Source: Eledone cirrhosa (lineage: Eukaryota). From it: DNA of 64,000 nucleotides. The notes under the pieces are model-generated. The model was not told the origin of the DNA. It searched no databases and saw nothing but the letters and a program-made list of their open reading frames with translations. Below, piece after piece: positions 29,067-41,047 of this stretch. Positions within the stretch are counted from its first letter, which is position 1, and the number at the start of each line of letters is the position of its first letter. The stretch is from assembly GCA_964016885.1 (NCBI GenBank), contig OZ024747.1, positions 1 through 64,000 of the forward strand, given 5' to 3'. Position numbers and translations under genes: made by a program.

Positions 29067-29101
<35 letters not shown>

Positions 29102-29565
29102 AATATAAAAATTTCAGGTTATCATTTAATATAAACTGTTATAAATAAAATGAGATTTCTTAATTCAATTCCCTAATGCATATACCAGCTGGCTACGAGC
29201 ATTGGATGTTATTCAGTAGCAGTCGAAATCTCCCCCTTCCTTAAAATTGACACTTTATAATTAATACTACTACACCAAATGACCAGCCCTGTCCATTGTT
29301 CAATTGGTCAAGTATAGATTAAAATAGGCACTCCCAAAAATTATTATTTAGATAAAATAAACCATTTACTCATTGTATTCTCATTAAAAACCATTTATAT
29401 ACTTGTTTAGCAGTAAATTGAATTACCATCTGTCATATACTTCTCTTCCTCTATTACAATTAATATAAATACTTCAATTTTTCTGATTTTTTCCAATTTA
29501 TCCAAAATCTCGGAAGTGACAACTGATTATACATTTGCTATCGAATACTTGCTAACATTATATGA

Positions 29566-29738
29566 TCGGTAGAGGTTCGGACGCCATGCTTTGACGCATA
29601 GAGTTACGGCCCTTGCCATTCTGAGTTCAAATCCCGCCGAGGTTAACTTTGCCTTTCATCCTTACGGGGTCGATAAAATAAAGTACCAGTAATGTACTGG
29701 GTAATTTTCTGGCCTTGTGCCAATAGTAGAAACAATTA
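29566..29738 (+). mobile_element. tRNA-SINE of the same family as 22311; other copies at ~33930-34120(+), 31440-31570(-), 43195-43355(-) and 46045-46095(-)
   Basis: GAGTTCAAATCCCGCCGAGGTTAACTTTGCCTTTCATCCTTACGGGGTCGATAAAATAAAGTACCAG. Confidence 0.9.
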
Positions 29739-29811
29739 TATGATTACGCATGTCGATACCTAATAAATTCCTTTTTTTAAAAAAAGCACTTTCATTTTAT
29801 ATTCATCTTTT

Positions 29812-29825
29812 CTATATATAAATAA

Positions 29826-29856
<31 letters not shown>

Positions 29857-29962
29857 AATATATAAAATATATATATAAATATGTATATAAATATAAATAT
29901 ATATATAAATATGTATATAAATATAAATATATATATAAATATGTATATATATATAAATATGT

Positions 29963-30011
<49 letters not shown>

Positions 30012-30545
30012 AATATATATATAAATATATATATAAATATAAATATATATATAAATATGTATATAAATATAAATATATATATAAATATAAATATATATAT
30101 AAATATGTATATAAATATAAATATATATATAAATATGTATATATATATAAATATATATATAAATATGTATATATATATAAATATATATATAAATATGTAT
30201 ATATATATAAATATATATATAAATATGTATATATATATAAATATGTATATATATATAAATATATATATAAATATGTATATATATATATAAATATATATAT
30301 ATAAATATGTATATATATATATAAATATATATATAAATATGTATATATAAATATATATATAAATATGTATATATATATAAATATATATATAAATATGTAT
30401 ATATATATAAATATATATATAAATATGTATATATATATAAATATATATATAAATATGTATATATATATATAATTTATATATATATATATATAATTTATAT
30501 ATAAATTATATATATATATAAATTATATATATATATAAATTATAT

Positions 30546-30593
<48 letters not shown>

Positions 30594-30782
30594 ATATAAA
30601 TTATATATATATATAAAGTATATATATATATATATATAATTTATATATAAATTATATATATATAAATTATATATATATATATATATAATTTATATATAAA
30701 TTATATATATATATAAATTATATATATATATATATAATTTATATATAAATTATATATATATATAAATTATATATATATATAA

Positions 30783-30815
<33 letters not shown>
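29812..30815. repeat. Complex (TA)n / ATATAAAT / ATATGT microsatellite (also 28945-29105)
   Basis: Nearly pure A/T tandem units. Confidence 0.97.
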
Positions 30816-30823
<8 letters not shown>

Positions 30824-31701
30824 TTTCATAAGCTACTATATATATATATATATATACATATTTTAAAAAATTGGTTGGCTGGTTTAACCTAACGTAAAAA
30901 AATAAATTAAAAATTCTATCAAAAAATGAGAGAGGTTTGTGGCAGAGAAGGAATTGAACAGGGACTAGGAGAATCTGGAATAAAAATAAGTTATATATTC
31001 TAATGGTGCATTTTATATTTTATATTCTCTAAATTACAAGTGAACAAAATTAACGTTAATCTAACTATAACGTATTACTGCTACTTTATTGGATAAACAA
31101 TACTGAGTCAGCTTTTATAAGTCTTTTGAAAACCGAGAACAGAGACAATACCAACCATGTGAATTCAACAGATTTTTCCAGATAAATCTTAAAAAAACAA
31201 TTTTTACCCCCCCCCCCCCCTACATAATCTCATCAACACACATATTATACATATATATACATATATATCTTTCATTTTCTCCCTTAATCACTAGCAAATA
31301 CCAACTCCTCCAGTTTTAAAAATAGAAAATTCTTCCAGAAAGATAGACAGAGAAAAATGAGAGAAGAGAGGAACCCAGTATTTGACTGGTACTTTTATTC
31401 AGAAAAAGATAATTGCGAGAAAACTATAGATAGGAAGAATTCACCCCAGCATTTCACTGGTACTTTTTTTTATCCACTTCCAACGGAAGGAAGAAAGGCA
31501 AAGTTGACCTTGGCAGGATTTCAGAGAGCATAGAAATAAAAACGAATACTCCAAGGTATTCGAATAACTCCAACCTTATATATATATATATATATATATA
31601 ACAATTGTATATATATGTGTGTGTATATACAACAATATGATGAAATTAATTAAATCGAAAATGTTACCCCGATTAAAATACAAAAACATAACTATAAAAG
31701 C

Positions 31702-31845
31702 TTTTTTTTTTAAAGAAATTAATTGAATTGAATTTTTTTTAAAGAAATAAATGAAATTGAATTTTTTTTTAAAGAAATAAGTTAAATTGAATTCTTTTTT
31801 TTTAAAGAAATATAAATTTAATTTTTTTTTTTTTTTTAAATAAAT
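31702..31845. repeat. Short ~28-30 bp tandem repeat T(n)AAAGAAATAA..AATTGAA, about 5 copies
   Basis: Directly visible. Confidence 0.8.
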
Positions 31846-32381
31846 TAAATATAAATCTGACTGACCTGTGGGACTTTTCTTCTCAGTCCCAGGAGTGAAC
31901 GCTGTGGTTGGTTTTCGGCGTATCTCTGAGCAGCCCTAAAAAGGGCTTAACGCATACCCACGTTGAAAGGACGCATGAGAATACTGTGTAGTCATCTTTC
32001 AAAATCAGTGGCTGAAATGAAAAATATGAAAAACGGGACTTGTATTTATAAGGAAAAGAACGTGACAGTAACTCACACATACTCACTCACACACACACAC
32101 ACATGTATCTATGTATGTATGTATGTGGTTTTGCCGCTATTTTTTGCCGCCAAAAGATGAGCAAAGTTTGTGAGTGTGTATGTGTGTAACAACAACAACA
32201 ACAACCGAACAATAGCAACAAATAAAACAAAATTTATTATTCTATGAAGAAATTTTATATTTTGATCAGAACTATATATATATATATATATATATATAGG
32301 AAGATGTATGACCCCGACGGCAGAGCTCAAGCCGTTTCGACGGCTATCTCTGGTGCATTATGCATCCTTAACACAACTCCG

Positions 32382-32429
<48 letters not shown>

Positions 32430-32560
32430 AGAAGTTGTATTTAATTTGTTGCAAGTCCGACAAACAAATGTTTATAACTGATTTAGAGCACTCAACAGTT
32501 TACTGGAGTAAATATTTCGTGATATTAAATAAATGGAAACTATATTTATAAAACCATATT

Positions 32561-32625
32561 TATTTTATTATATATATTTCAAGGCCAACCAAGACAAGCT
32601 TGGTGCACTTTCATCAAATAAAATA
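32561..32625 (-). ncRNA. Minimal type I hammerhead ribozyme (C3U core variant)
   Basis: Minus strand: UAUUUUAU-UUGAUGA-AAGuGCACCAAG cuugu CUUGGUugGCCUU-GAAA-U AUAU A-UA/-AUAAAAUA. Homologous to 50797-50857. Confidence 0.7.
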
Positions 32626-32822
32626 CAAAAGTTTATTTTGTTTTCCAACCGATAAGATTTGCCTTTCATGGATACGTCTTTATTGATATATATATATATC
32701 TATATATGTGTGTGTGTGTGTGTAGATATATAGAAAAATATATTAAAGGCGGTACCCCAGCATGACCTCAGCAAAATGGCTGGGACAAGTAAAAGAGTAA
32801 AACAATATACATATATATAATA

Positions 32823-33620
32823 CTAGCAGTGGTACCCGGCGTTGCACGGGATAAGTTATTTTGACCTAATCGTGGAAAAACTGCATGCCTGGACAATATG
32901 TAAAGAAAATAAACCGAATGCTCTGATGCAATTAGTATTAGGTATGCTTTTCCTTCCACGTGAAGAAAATCGGCTGAGTGCTTTTGTACTTTAATAAAGT
33001 GACAGGAGTCAGCAGGACAGATGTCACCACTTATATCAGAGGGAAGTCTGCAATGCTTGAGCAAGGCATGACGTGCAATCGGACAGCATATGGAGCCTTC
33101 TCGAACCAGTCCACCGCACCTTCACAAACGTTTACCAAACAGTGGGTATAATTTAACAATTTTACAGAGGAGTGTTGCAATAAAATGGGCCCTGAGGCGT
33201 GTGCGTGTTCACTCGCCGCCCGAAACCAAAGGGTCGCCATCAGTTATTTCAAGGGCCCTTATAATGGATTTGTAAGCCGTTCACTGACACTCCAGTAACT
33301 ACGGGTAACAATCAACAATTTCAAATGGTGACCATAAAAAGGGCCATGTGAACGTTCTCTTAATAGTGACTTTCACTGCGTTCTCTGACATTTGGAGGGT
33401 GTTACGGTTGCTTCCACTGGTAGCCTTTACAATGAATCAATGCGTTTGCGGCCCATTTAACAGCCATACATTGACGCGCCGAGTGCGATGCAGACAGCCA
33501 GACATACAGACATATTATAAGGGCGCGGTGTAAAGTTTGAAAACAGTCGGTTGGGTGGTTCTCGAGGTTTAGGGATTCAAACTCACACAGACATCCTTAG
33601 TTTTATATATATATATATAC
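32823..33620 (-). mobile_element. Non-autonomous Helitron
   Basis: Minus-strand 3' end CCCGTGCAACGCCGGG-TACCACTG-CTAG|T. The far end (..CAGACATCCTTAGTTTTATATATA) resembles a Helitron-N 5' end. The internal boundary is approximate. Confidence 0.7.
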
Positions 33621-34412
33621 CATATGATACGTTCTACCTTGCAATCCACAATGACAAGAGACCTTGTAAATACAATGTCGATCATATCACACCATCTCCA
33701 CCACCACACCACACATCGCCATGTGCATACCATACACGCCTACATCCTCATCCCCCCCCCATGTTCCCTCTATCTACCCTAACTTGCAACCCCACGTTAA
33801 ATTCGATCCTGTAACTGTACTGTCGCACGCACACACAACCACCGCCACCACTAAATACATCCACATACTTCAACAATCATCATCAACACATATCCCTCGA
33901 TCCCAAATCGACTGTATTATATACCCCCCACGGTGGGGGATTGGCAGTATCGGTAGAGGGTCGGACGCCATGCTTTCAAGCATAGTTACGTCCCTTTACG
34001 ATCTGAGTTCAAATGCCGCCTAGGTTGACTTTGCCTTTCATCCTTACGGGGGTCGATAAAATAAAGTACCAGTAATACACTGGCTATTTGCTGGCCTTGT
34101 GCCTAAAGTAGAAACAATTATATAACCCCCCCCCCCCCGTCTGCCTACCATATAACAAACCGTAACCTCTGATCATGTAATCATCTTGCCCAACATATCA
34201 CCCCAGCACCACCACCATCACCATGTCCACAACACACATGGCCGTACGTCCATAAACGCTTTTCCCCCGCGTTCCCTATCTCACCTTTTAACCGGTATTC
34301 GATCCGGTATATATATTTTTGTCCCTCACAACTCCACCACCACCACCACAAAACACAACTCCATACTTCACCAACACCGACAAAACATACCTCCACTCCC
34401 CAACCAACAATA

Positions 34413-34744
34413 GTGTGTGTGTCTGTGTGTAAGTATTTTACTCATACGGGCGTTTTAAGTGTGCGTGCGTGTACGCAAATTTATCTGTATGTGTGTGTGT
34501 GTGTGTGTGTGTATGTGAACACATGTATATACATATGTCTATGTGTGTGTATATATATATCTGTATATATATATATATATATGTGTATGTGTATGCAAAT
34601 GTGTATGTGTGTGTATATATGTATGTGTATGTATGTGTGTGTATGTCTACATATATGTATATGGATAAATCTGACTATGTGTAGGTGAGCTCATATATGT
34701 GCATGTATGTATATATGTGCGTGTATGTGTGTGTTGTCGGTACA

Positions 34745-34775
<31 letters not shown>

Positions 34776-35080
34776 GTGTATATATATATATGTGTGAGTA
34801 TACGTGTGTGAGAGTGTGTATGTGTATATCTTGCATACATGAGTGTGAGTCCTTCCCCCCATCTCTGTCGTTTGCCACCCCCACCGATACTCCACCACTC
34901 TCCATATTCGTGTCCGCATGCGCGCATGCACATACATGTGTGTACATATACATATGGCTGTGTGTGAGCGTATGCCGATATGTGTGGGCAAGGATGTGCG
35001 TATGTGTCTTATGTTGTGTGTGTTTATACAACAATATATGTGCACATATATACATATATGTGTGTACGTATATGTATATA
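34413..35080. repeat. (GT)/(AT) compound microsatellite tract
   Basis: Directly visible. Confidence 0.9.
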
Positions 35081-36068
35081 CAAGATAGCTGTCAGACGAA
35101 GAGCGTCTATGTATCTATGTAAGGACCTGACGCCACCAATACATCCACCACACCACCAAAAACGCCGCTACCATAGACAAAGGCGCCACTACCACACGCC
35201 AACCCGTCTACAGACAGTCCACTAACCTCACACCACAGCCCATCCCACTAAATAACCTTAACCACCACCATATCTTCACATCCACACCCACATACTCTAC
35301 ACGCCAAGGCCAACCCACCACCACCACCACACCACAGCCCACCTCATCCACAGACCGTCACCAACATCTCACCATCACACCCACCCCCATATACACTACA
35401 GGCCAGTACATCGCCTTGATCCTTCTCACCAATCAAAACATCTCATTTTGTCAAACTCTTGAAACTGACTTTACCACATAGCATGTATTTCATTTTCTTA
35501 TAGCATTTTAAGAGGGTCCGTCGAGCTGCCGATTATTGAGTCGGGTAGGATCGATATAGATCGAACCTTGAGCTGATCAGTGGCGAAACGCGCGTCAAAT
35601 ATCAATAAATGCAATGAAGGAATAATCAACACTACAACTACCATCATGAAAATTGCCAATGGTGTCAGAAAATATATGTATCTCTGTATTGAGTATGGGG
35701 GGTGGGGGAGATTACGGCTGTCATCTCATTTTCTTTCATCAAGGCTAAGTCATGTCGGGTTTGACAACGTAGTTCAAATGATGGCGGTGGTGGCGAGTGT
35801 TGTTGGTGTGGTGGTTTGGTGGCGGTGTGGTGGTGTGGTGGTTTGATGGCGGTGTGGTGGTGAAATATAAACCACGTGGAGTGGAACAAATATAATGAAA
35901 TAAATAAATAAATATATATATACAAATACATACATACACACACACACACACACATACACACATACATACATACACACATACATGTAGGTGATCTCTTTCT
36001 CTTAGTTTCGAATATATTTTTTGACCGGTCACCTTCCTGGTGGCAAGGTTGTAAAAGAAAAGAAATTG

Positions 36069-37135
36069 TCATCCCTTGAATCGCAAGAATGTTTTGCAAA
36101 TTTTGAAGGTGCCAACTATCGCAGCCACTTGTAGACTATGAATTAGGGAGCTGCGCTCTTTGTCAGCAAATCCAAGTTCAGTCATACTTTGGTCCAAGCG
36201 GGTTGGTATATAACCCGTAGCTCCAATAATGATGGGTATGAAGCTAAAGGTGTATTTTGGATACTGGATTTGTAAACTCCTCATCAATGGTCCGTAGATG
36301 TCCTCCTCCTGTATTTTTCTGACAACGTTTACATCAAGTGGGCAACTGATCTACACAACACAACACGTTTTCAATGGGTGGTCCCAAACAACAATATCAG
36401 GCCGGTTGTGCTTTAATTTGGTGACAGTTTTTATTTTCAGGTTCCACCAGTATTCCTTAGTGCCATCTGTCTCGATATATTCTTCCTCGTTTGCGTTCCA
36501 GATGGTTCTAGCTATCCCATCGTGTCTCATGGGGAGGTAGTAGCGAGATGACATTCTTTCGCAGCTGGCAAAAATGTCGCTTACATCTTCAATCTTTGTT
36601 TTACATAAGCCTACATTTATTGTCAGCTGATGGCCCTCCTCTTTTGTGCAGCAGATATTTGGTAGGGAGTTCTTGTTCCTGTATTGCATAGAGATATCCC
36701 TCAAGGTGTCATGTCATAAACTTGTCGGAACTCCATGCCAGGCTTTTTGAGTGGTTTATCACCTCTATGGTCTGTGTTTTACGTCTCAAGTATACGTGCA
36801 CAACTTTTTCTGTAAATTGGTCAATTTTTTCAGCTTCTTTGAACATTGAATAGGATCTTCCGATTTCTCTGGGTGAGAGATTTATATCAGGCTTTATTCC
36901 ATATCTCTCCTCCAGATCAGTGGCTATCCTAATGATTTTTTTTTTTCATGCTCATAAACCTGGGCCATAAAACTTTTCCTCTGTTGAAGATGTTGATTCA
37001 GTGTTACTATCCGGGTGTCATATGATGTTAATATGGATTTTAGACCCCGGCCACCTTCCTTGCATGACAAGTACAGCCTATCCACATCACCAAAGTTCCC
37101 AGTAACACTGACAAGTTTTCGAGTTCTAACATCTA
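36069..37135 (-). mobile_element. RLE-type non-LTR retrotransposon (R4/Dong-like) 3' fragment
   Basis: Reads 'VDRLYLSCKEGGRGL', a degenerate zinc knuckle, 'RHD', 'HNRPDIVVWD' (restriction-like endonuclease) and 'PIIIGATG'; frameshifted. Confidence 0.85.
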
Positions 37136-37179
37136 TCTCTCTTTAGTATGTGATATTTACATCTCAAATGATATATATA

Positions 37180-38038
37180 CAGGGTGTTTCCAAAAATGTG
37201 TAAAATTTATTCCGGGTTCAATCACAGCTAACAACAGTAAGTAAGGTACTCAATTCATAACAGAGTATAAATATTTAATATAGTAATGACTTCTACATGA
37301 CTATAACTGTTTCATTCAGGAGAATTATATACGTGCGTGTGCGCGTGCGTGTTTTAATGACCGTATACATACATCCCTCCCCTCAAACAGTCCTTCACAA
37401 TGTCTGGTTCCGGTTTCTCATCATTGTCAAGTCACACGTTAGCACGTTTTGTATTGAGAAGTGTCCATCCAATTCACAGTACTTGGATCCGATAGTGTGC
37501 TGCCGCTGTGAAAGGGGTTTCCAGCGGCCAACTGGACTGTCACTTCTCATAACAGTGCAATCTAGTCCCAGGCTGCCACGGTCGTCTTTCCTATTGAGAA
37601 GTATCCATCGCGGGGAGAGGGCCCGGCTCCGAAATTGGGGTGCCGCTGTGAGAAGGATTCGGTGCGGCAAACTGGCCTCTTCCTCCTCATAATGATATCA
37701 CTGGTCACTTCGCATAGTTGTGCCATCCAACGCCATGCTCCAAAACTGGCTGTCGCTACATTGTCAGCTGTAAAATACTCAGCCGAAAAGAGTGTTTGGG
37801 ACATAAAGGTTTTTAGATAAATATAAACACTTAGAGCGTGATTCTCGGGGAGATTCAGCATCAAACATTCATCTATATATACCACAGACAAATTATATAT
37901 ATAATATACAGTTCTACTCCTGCAGAAGACATTTCTCGATTCAATATTTATACTCTGCTATGTATTGAGTACCTTACTGTGGTTACCCCAGATTGAACCT
38001 GGGACCAACTCACACACACATTTTTATATATACACCTA
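37180..38038. mobile_element. Degenerate TIR DNA element (TA|CAGGGTGT start, Tc1/mariner-like), ~130 bp TIRs
   Basis: AGTAAGGTACTCAATTCATAACAGAGTATAAATATT (~37240) pairs with AATATTTATACTCTGCTATGTATTGAGTACCTTACT (~37944). Similarity extends across ~130 bp. Confidence 0.7.
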
Positions 38039-38085
38039 CCCATACACATGCACTCAGTTTGACATACGCACAGATACATTCTGAT

Positions 38086-38177
38086 AAAATGGCTGCGGTT
38101 AAAGATCGGAAGTAGGGTGTATGTCAGAAATTAGATTCTTTTATTGTTAACAAAGAACAAAGAACATGGCGGTAAAT
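38086..38177 (+). promoter_or_regulatory. Candidate promoter / first exon: YY1-like and ETS motifs plus donor
   Basis: AAAATGGCTGC (38086), CGGAAGT (38107) and AACATGGCG followed by GTAAAT (38163-38177). Confidence 0.35.
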
Positions 38178-38632
38178 GTTGACAGACTCCAAAAGATAAA
38201 AAATAAATATTCGTTAATTTTTTAAAAATTATATTTCAGCTTTACTTTGGAAATATTCATTTCCTCTCTCAATAATCTATATGACATATCACTGCTAGAT
38301 ACATGTATATTATCGGAATCAAAGAAACAACAACACGCGTAATTGTCTGTATCTCTATAACTGTCTTTCTATCTACCCCCCTCCTCTCTATATATATACA
38401 TATATCTTTCTATCAGTATGTCTATCTTTCACCAATTCTATTTCCTTCACTTTGACTACGTAGCTTAAATGGTGGCGACAGTGTTGGTGTGTTGGTGGTG
38501 TGTTGGCGTGGTGGTGGTGTGGTGGTGGTGTGTTGGTGGTGTGTGTTGGCGTGGTGGTGTGGTGGTGTGGTGGTGATGAAATATCAACCACGTGGAACAC
38601 AAAATAGAATGAATAAATAAATATATATATAT

Positions 38633-38664
<32 letters not shown>

Positions 38665-38967
38665 GTATATATGTATATGTGCGTAGTGCAATGACAAAAC
38701 TAATTCCACCTCTCTCTATACCGCCCCCAACAACAAAAGCAATAACAACTATTAGCACTACTACTACTAATACTACAAACATCAATAACAATAATTGTTT
38801 CTGCTTTGGGCAAAATGCAAACATTTTGAGGGGATGCTCTACCGATTACTGCAGGCACGTTACCCATCTAATAATAATATACTGTACATAAAAATCACAA
38901 CACCATACATAATGACTGCGCCCTCGTTATCGAGTATGGCCATTGCGAGATATAACATTATTGATAA

Positions 38968-40126
38968 CTAGCAGTTTAGCCCGGCGTTACTCGGGTTTGT
39001 TCATTTGCTATGAAAAGTTACATACAGGTAAACGTAGCTTGAAAGCGCATAATCTTATCAATTAAGTGCATAAAGCAGTTGAACCGGTTATTAATAGTTA
39101 CGAACCAATTAGCATTTTGGACAATCAATGATAGCTTAATAATCTTCCAATAGCGAATTTAGTAGAACAAAGTTGCAAGATGGTGGCCCTGATGCTGCTG
39201 CGTGTCAGATCTGTCCGCTATGGGTGACCCAACCAGTTTTCCAGACGGCATAACTCAAACATCTATAGCACTTCATTGTAGACGATATTGCGTGTCATCC
39301 CTTGAGGAGTGTAAGCAAAAAGTCCATTCCTGCTCCATACGCGGAAACTGGCAACAAAGTTGGCCATGGGAGAAGCATGGCTCCCCCAAATGGATGACCG
39401 CCACCAACAATGTTTGCCCTTGTGACTTGTTAATGGACTTGGAAAAAGAAATGGTCTCACCGGGAATTGGGATCGCCGGAAATCGAACGGGATATCTGAC
39501 GCCGAGGGGCAAAGGTTCATCCTTGGAATGAAAACATTCTCCCCTCTCCAGCACCCCGTTACAATGGTGGCCTCAATCAAGTGCAGCGTCATTAACTTGA
39601 CGACCATGCTAGTACCGTTGCACTGCTTTGGTGGACGCAAGTTCCTTATTAGCATAATGGGACAGCCAACCCTAAGCTTAAGAATAAGAGGTGGGAGCCC
39701 TGGGGAATTTAATAACTCAACCGGATAATTAACGATATCGTCGGGGTCTGACGCCAGGTCGATAGATTTGAAGACGTGTTCTTTACCGGGAATCTTCTCA
39801 ATCAGCTGCTCGTTAATAAAAATAACCATGGTATTTTTCCGAGCAAGGATGGCTCTTTCGCTGAGCTAATCGAGGTTTTTAAAGTTAGATGAGACATTAG
39901 GAAAAACTGCTTCCAAAAGGTCAGAAGGGCTGCTCACAATGTTGCACAGGGAGTCGATTGCTATTCCGCCCTTGTCATCCGCATGGACCTTGCCCTCACA
40001 AAGTGCTAAAATATTCTGACCAAATGCTGCAGACATGTCACCATGCAAATGAGCATGCATATTTCTGCTCAGGTACAAACTCTTCACCTGGAACCACAAC
40101 ATGGACGACTTAAGGCAGGCAGGCAC
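38968..40126 (-). mobile_element. Helitron 3' part with decayed PIF1-family helicase
   Basis: Reads 'ACLKSS.LW..V..LYLSRNM', 'GLPP..LKLRVGCPIMLIRNL...CNGT', 'FIPR', 'INKSQGQTL' and 'FSHGQL'. The 3' hairpin CCCGAGTAACGCCGGG plus CTAG|T at 38968 is on the same strand. Confidence 0.92.
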
Positions 40127-40269
40127 GCACTTCTGCTCTTGTCAAGGTGAACGGCTACCTCTCGGAGCCGTTCGAAATAGCGCGGTCCATCCGACAAGGG
40201 TGCCCTCTCTCCTCCCTTCTGTATGTAATGACTCTAGAGCCACTGCTGCAGAAGTTGGAGTTGTTAATG

Positions 40270-41047
40270 GCGTCGTCGGGCGGAGGTGGCGAACACATAT
40301 AGCGTCCGTCATCTACTACCGCCTGACCGTCGTGCCTTGCCCAAGGGAAACGCTCTCCAAAATGGAGCGCACACTCTTCCAATTCCTTTGGAAGAAGCGG
40401 GCTCCTATGGTGAGGAGATCCATCTGCTGTCAACACCCTTCGAAAGGAGGGCTGGGATGTCGTGGCTGATGATGCGTAAACACGCATTAAGGCTACGGCA
40501 CCTCCAGGTATTCATCACCGGTCAACCGGTGTGGGCCCCGTTTGTGAGGCGAGCCTTTCCCAGACTCGACTCGCTCACCGAGCTGCAATCCTGGGTCAAG
40601 CAAAGACCGAGAAAATTGGGCGCCTGGCACACCGAGTGTGCCCAGGCGCTCACGGCTCTCTGGTAGGCGGACCCGGCTGTCAGTGGAGAATCCAACTCGT
40701 CATTCTATAGAGGGCTGGTGGTTAGCAGGTGCGGCAACACCCTCGGAGAAGCCCTAGGCATGGAGGAAAACGAACTGGCCAACCTGTTCGGTAGGACATT
40801 CAGCCCGGGACCTATGGATAACTTCCAGAGGTCCCTGGCCTGGCAGTGCCACCGAGGGGCTCTGCCCGTTCGAGAAAGGCTCTACAGACACTGGCGCCCT
40901 GGTAGGGACCCCTCGACAAAGATCTATCCCAGATGCGGGTGCGACGAGGAAACAGTTGCACACGCATTGTACAGTGCTCGGGCATTGCCTATCTGTGGGG
41001 CTATGTCGAACGACTGCTGTCACGGGTGGGACCGATCCGGGTTCAGC
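40270..41047 (+). mobile_element. L1/Tx1-clade LINE ORF2 C-terminal fragment (RT thumb to zf-RVT)
   Basis: Reads 'ANTYIASVIYYRL', 'LFQFLW', 'KGGLG', 'LAWQCHRGALPVRERL' and 'PRCGCDEETVAHAL'; frameshifts; GC-rich. Confidence 0.85.

Noticed and set aside
31940-31960. Telomerase RNA template (CCCTAA near hairpins)
   Set aside because: Only a single CCCTAA, not the ~1.5-repeat template, and no pseudoknot or H/ACA evidence.
36069-37135. Telomere-specific retrotransposon (SART/TRAS-like)
   Set aside because: It has an RLE-type endonuclease, is not inserted in TTAGGG repeats and lies 22 kb inside.
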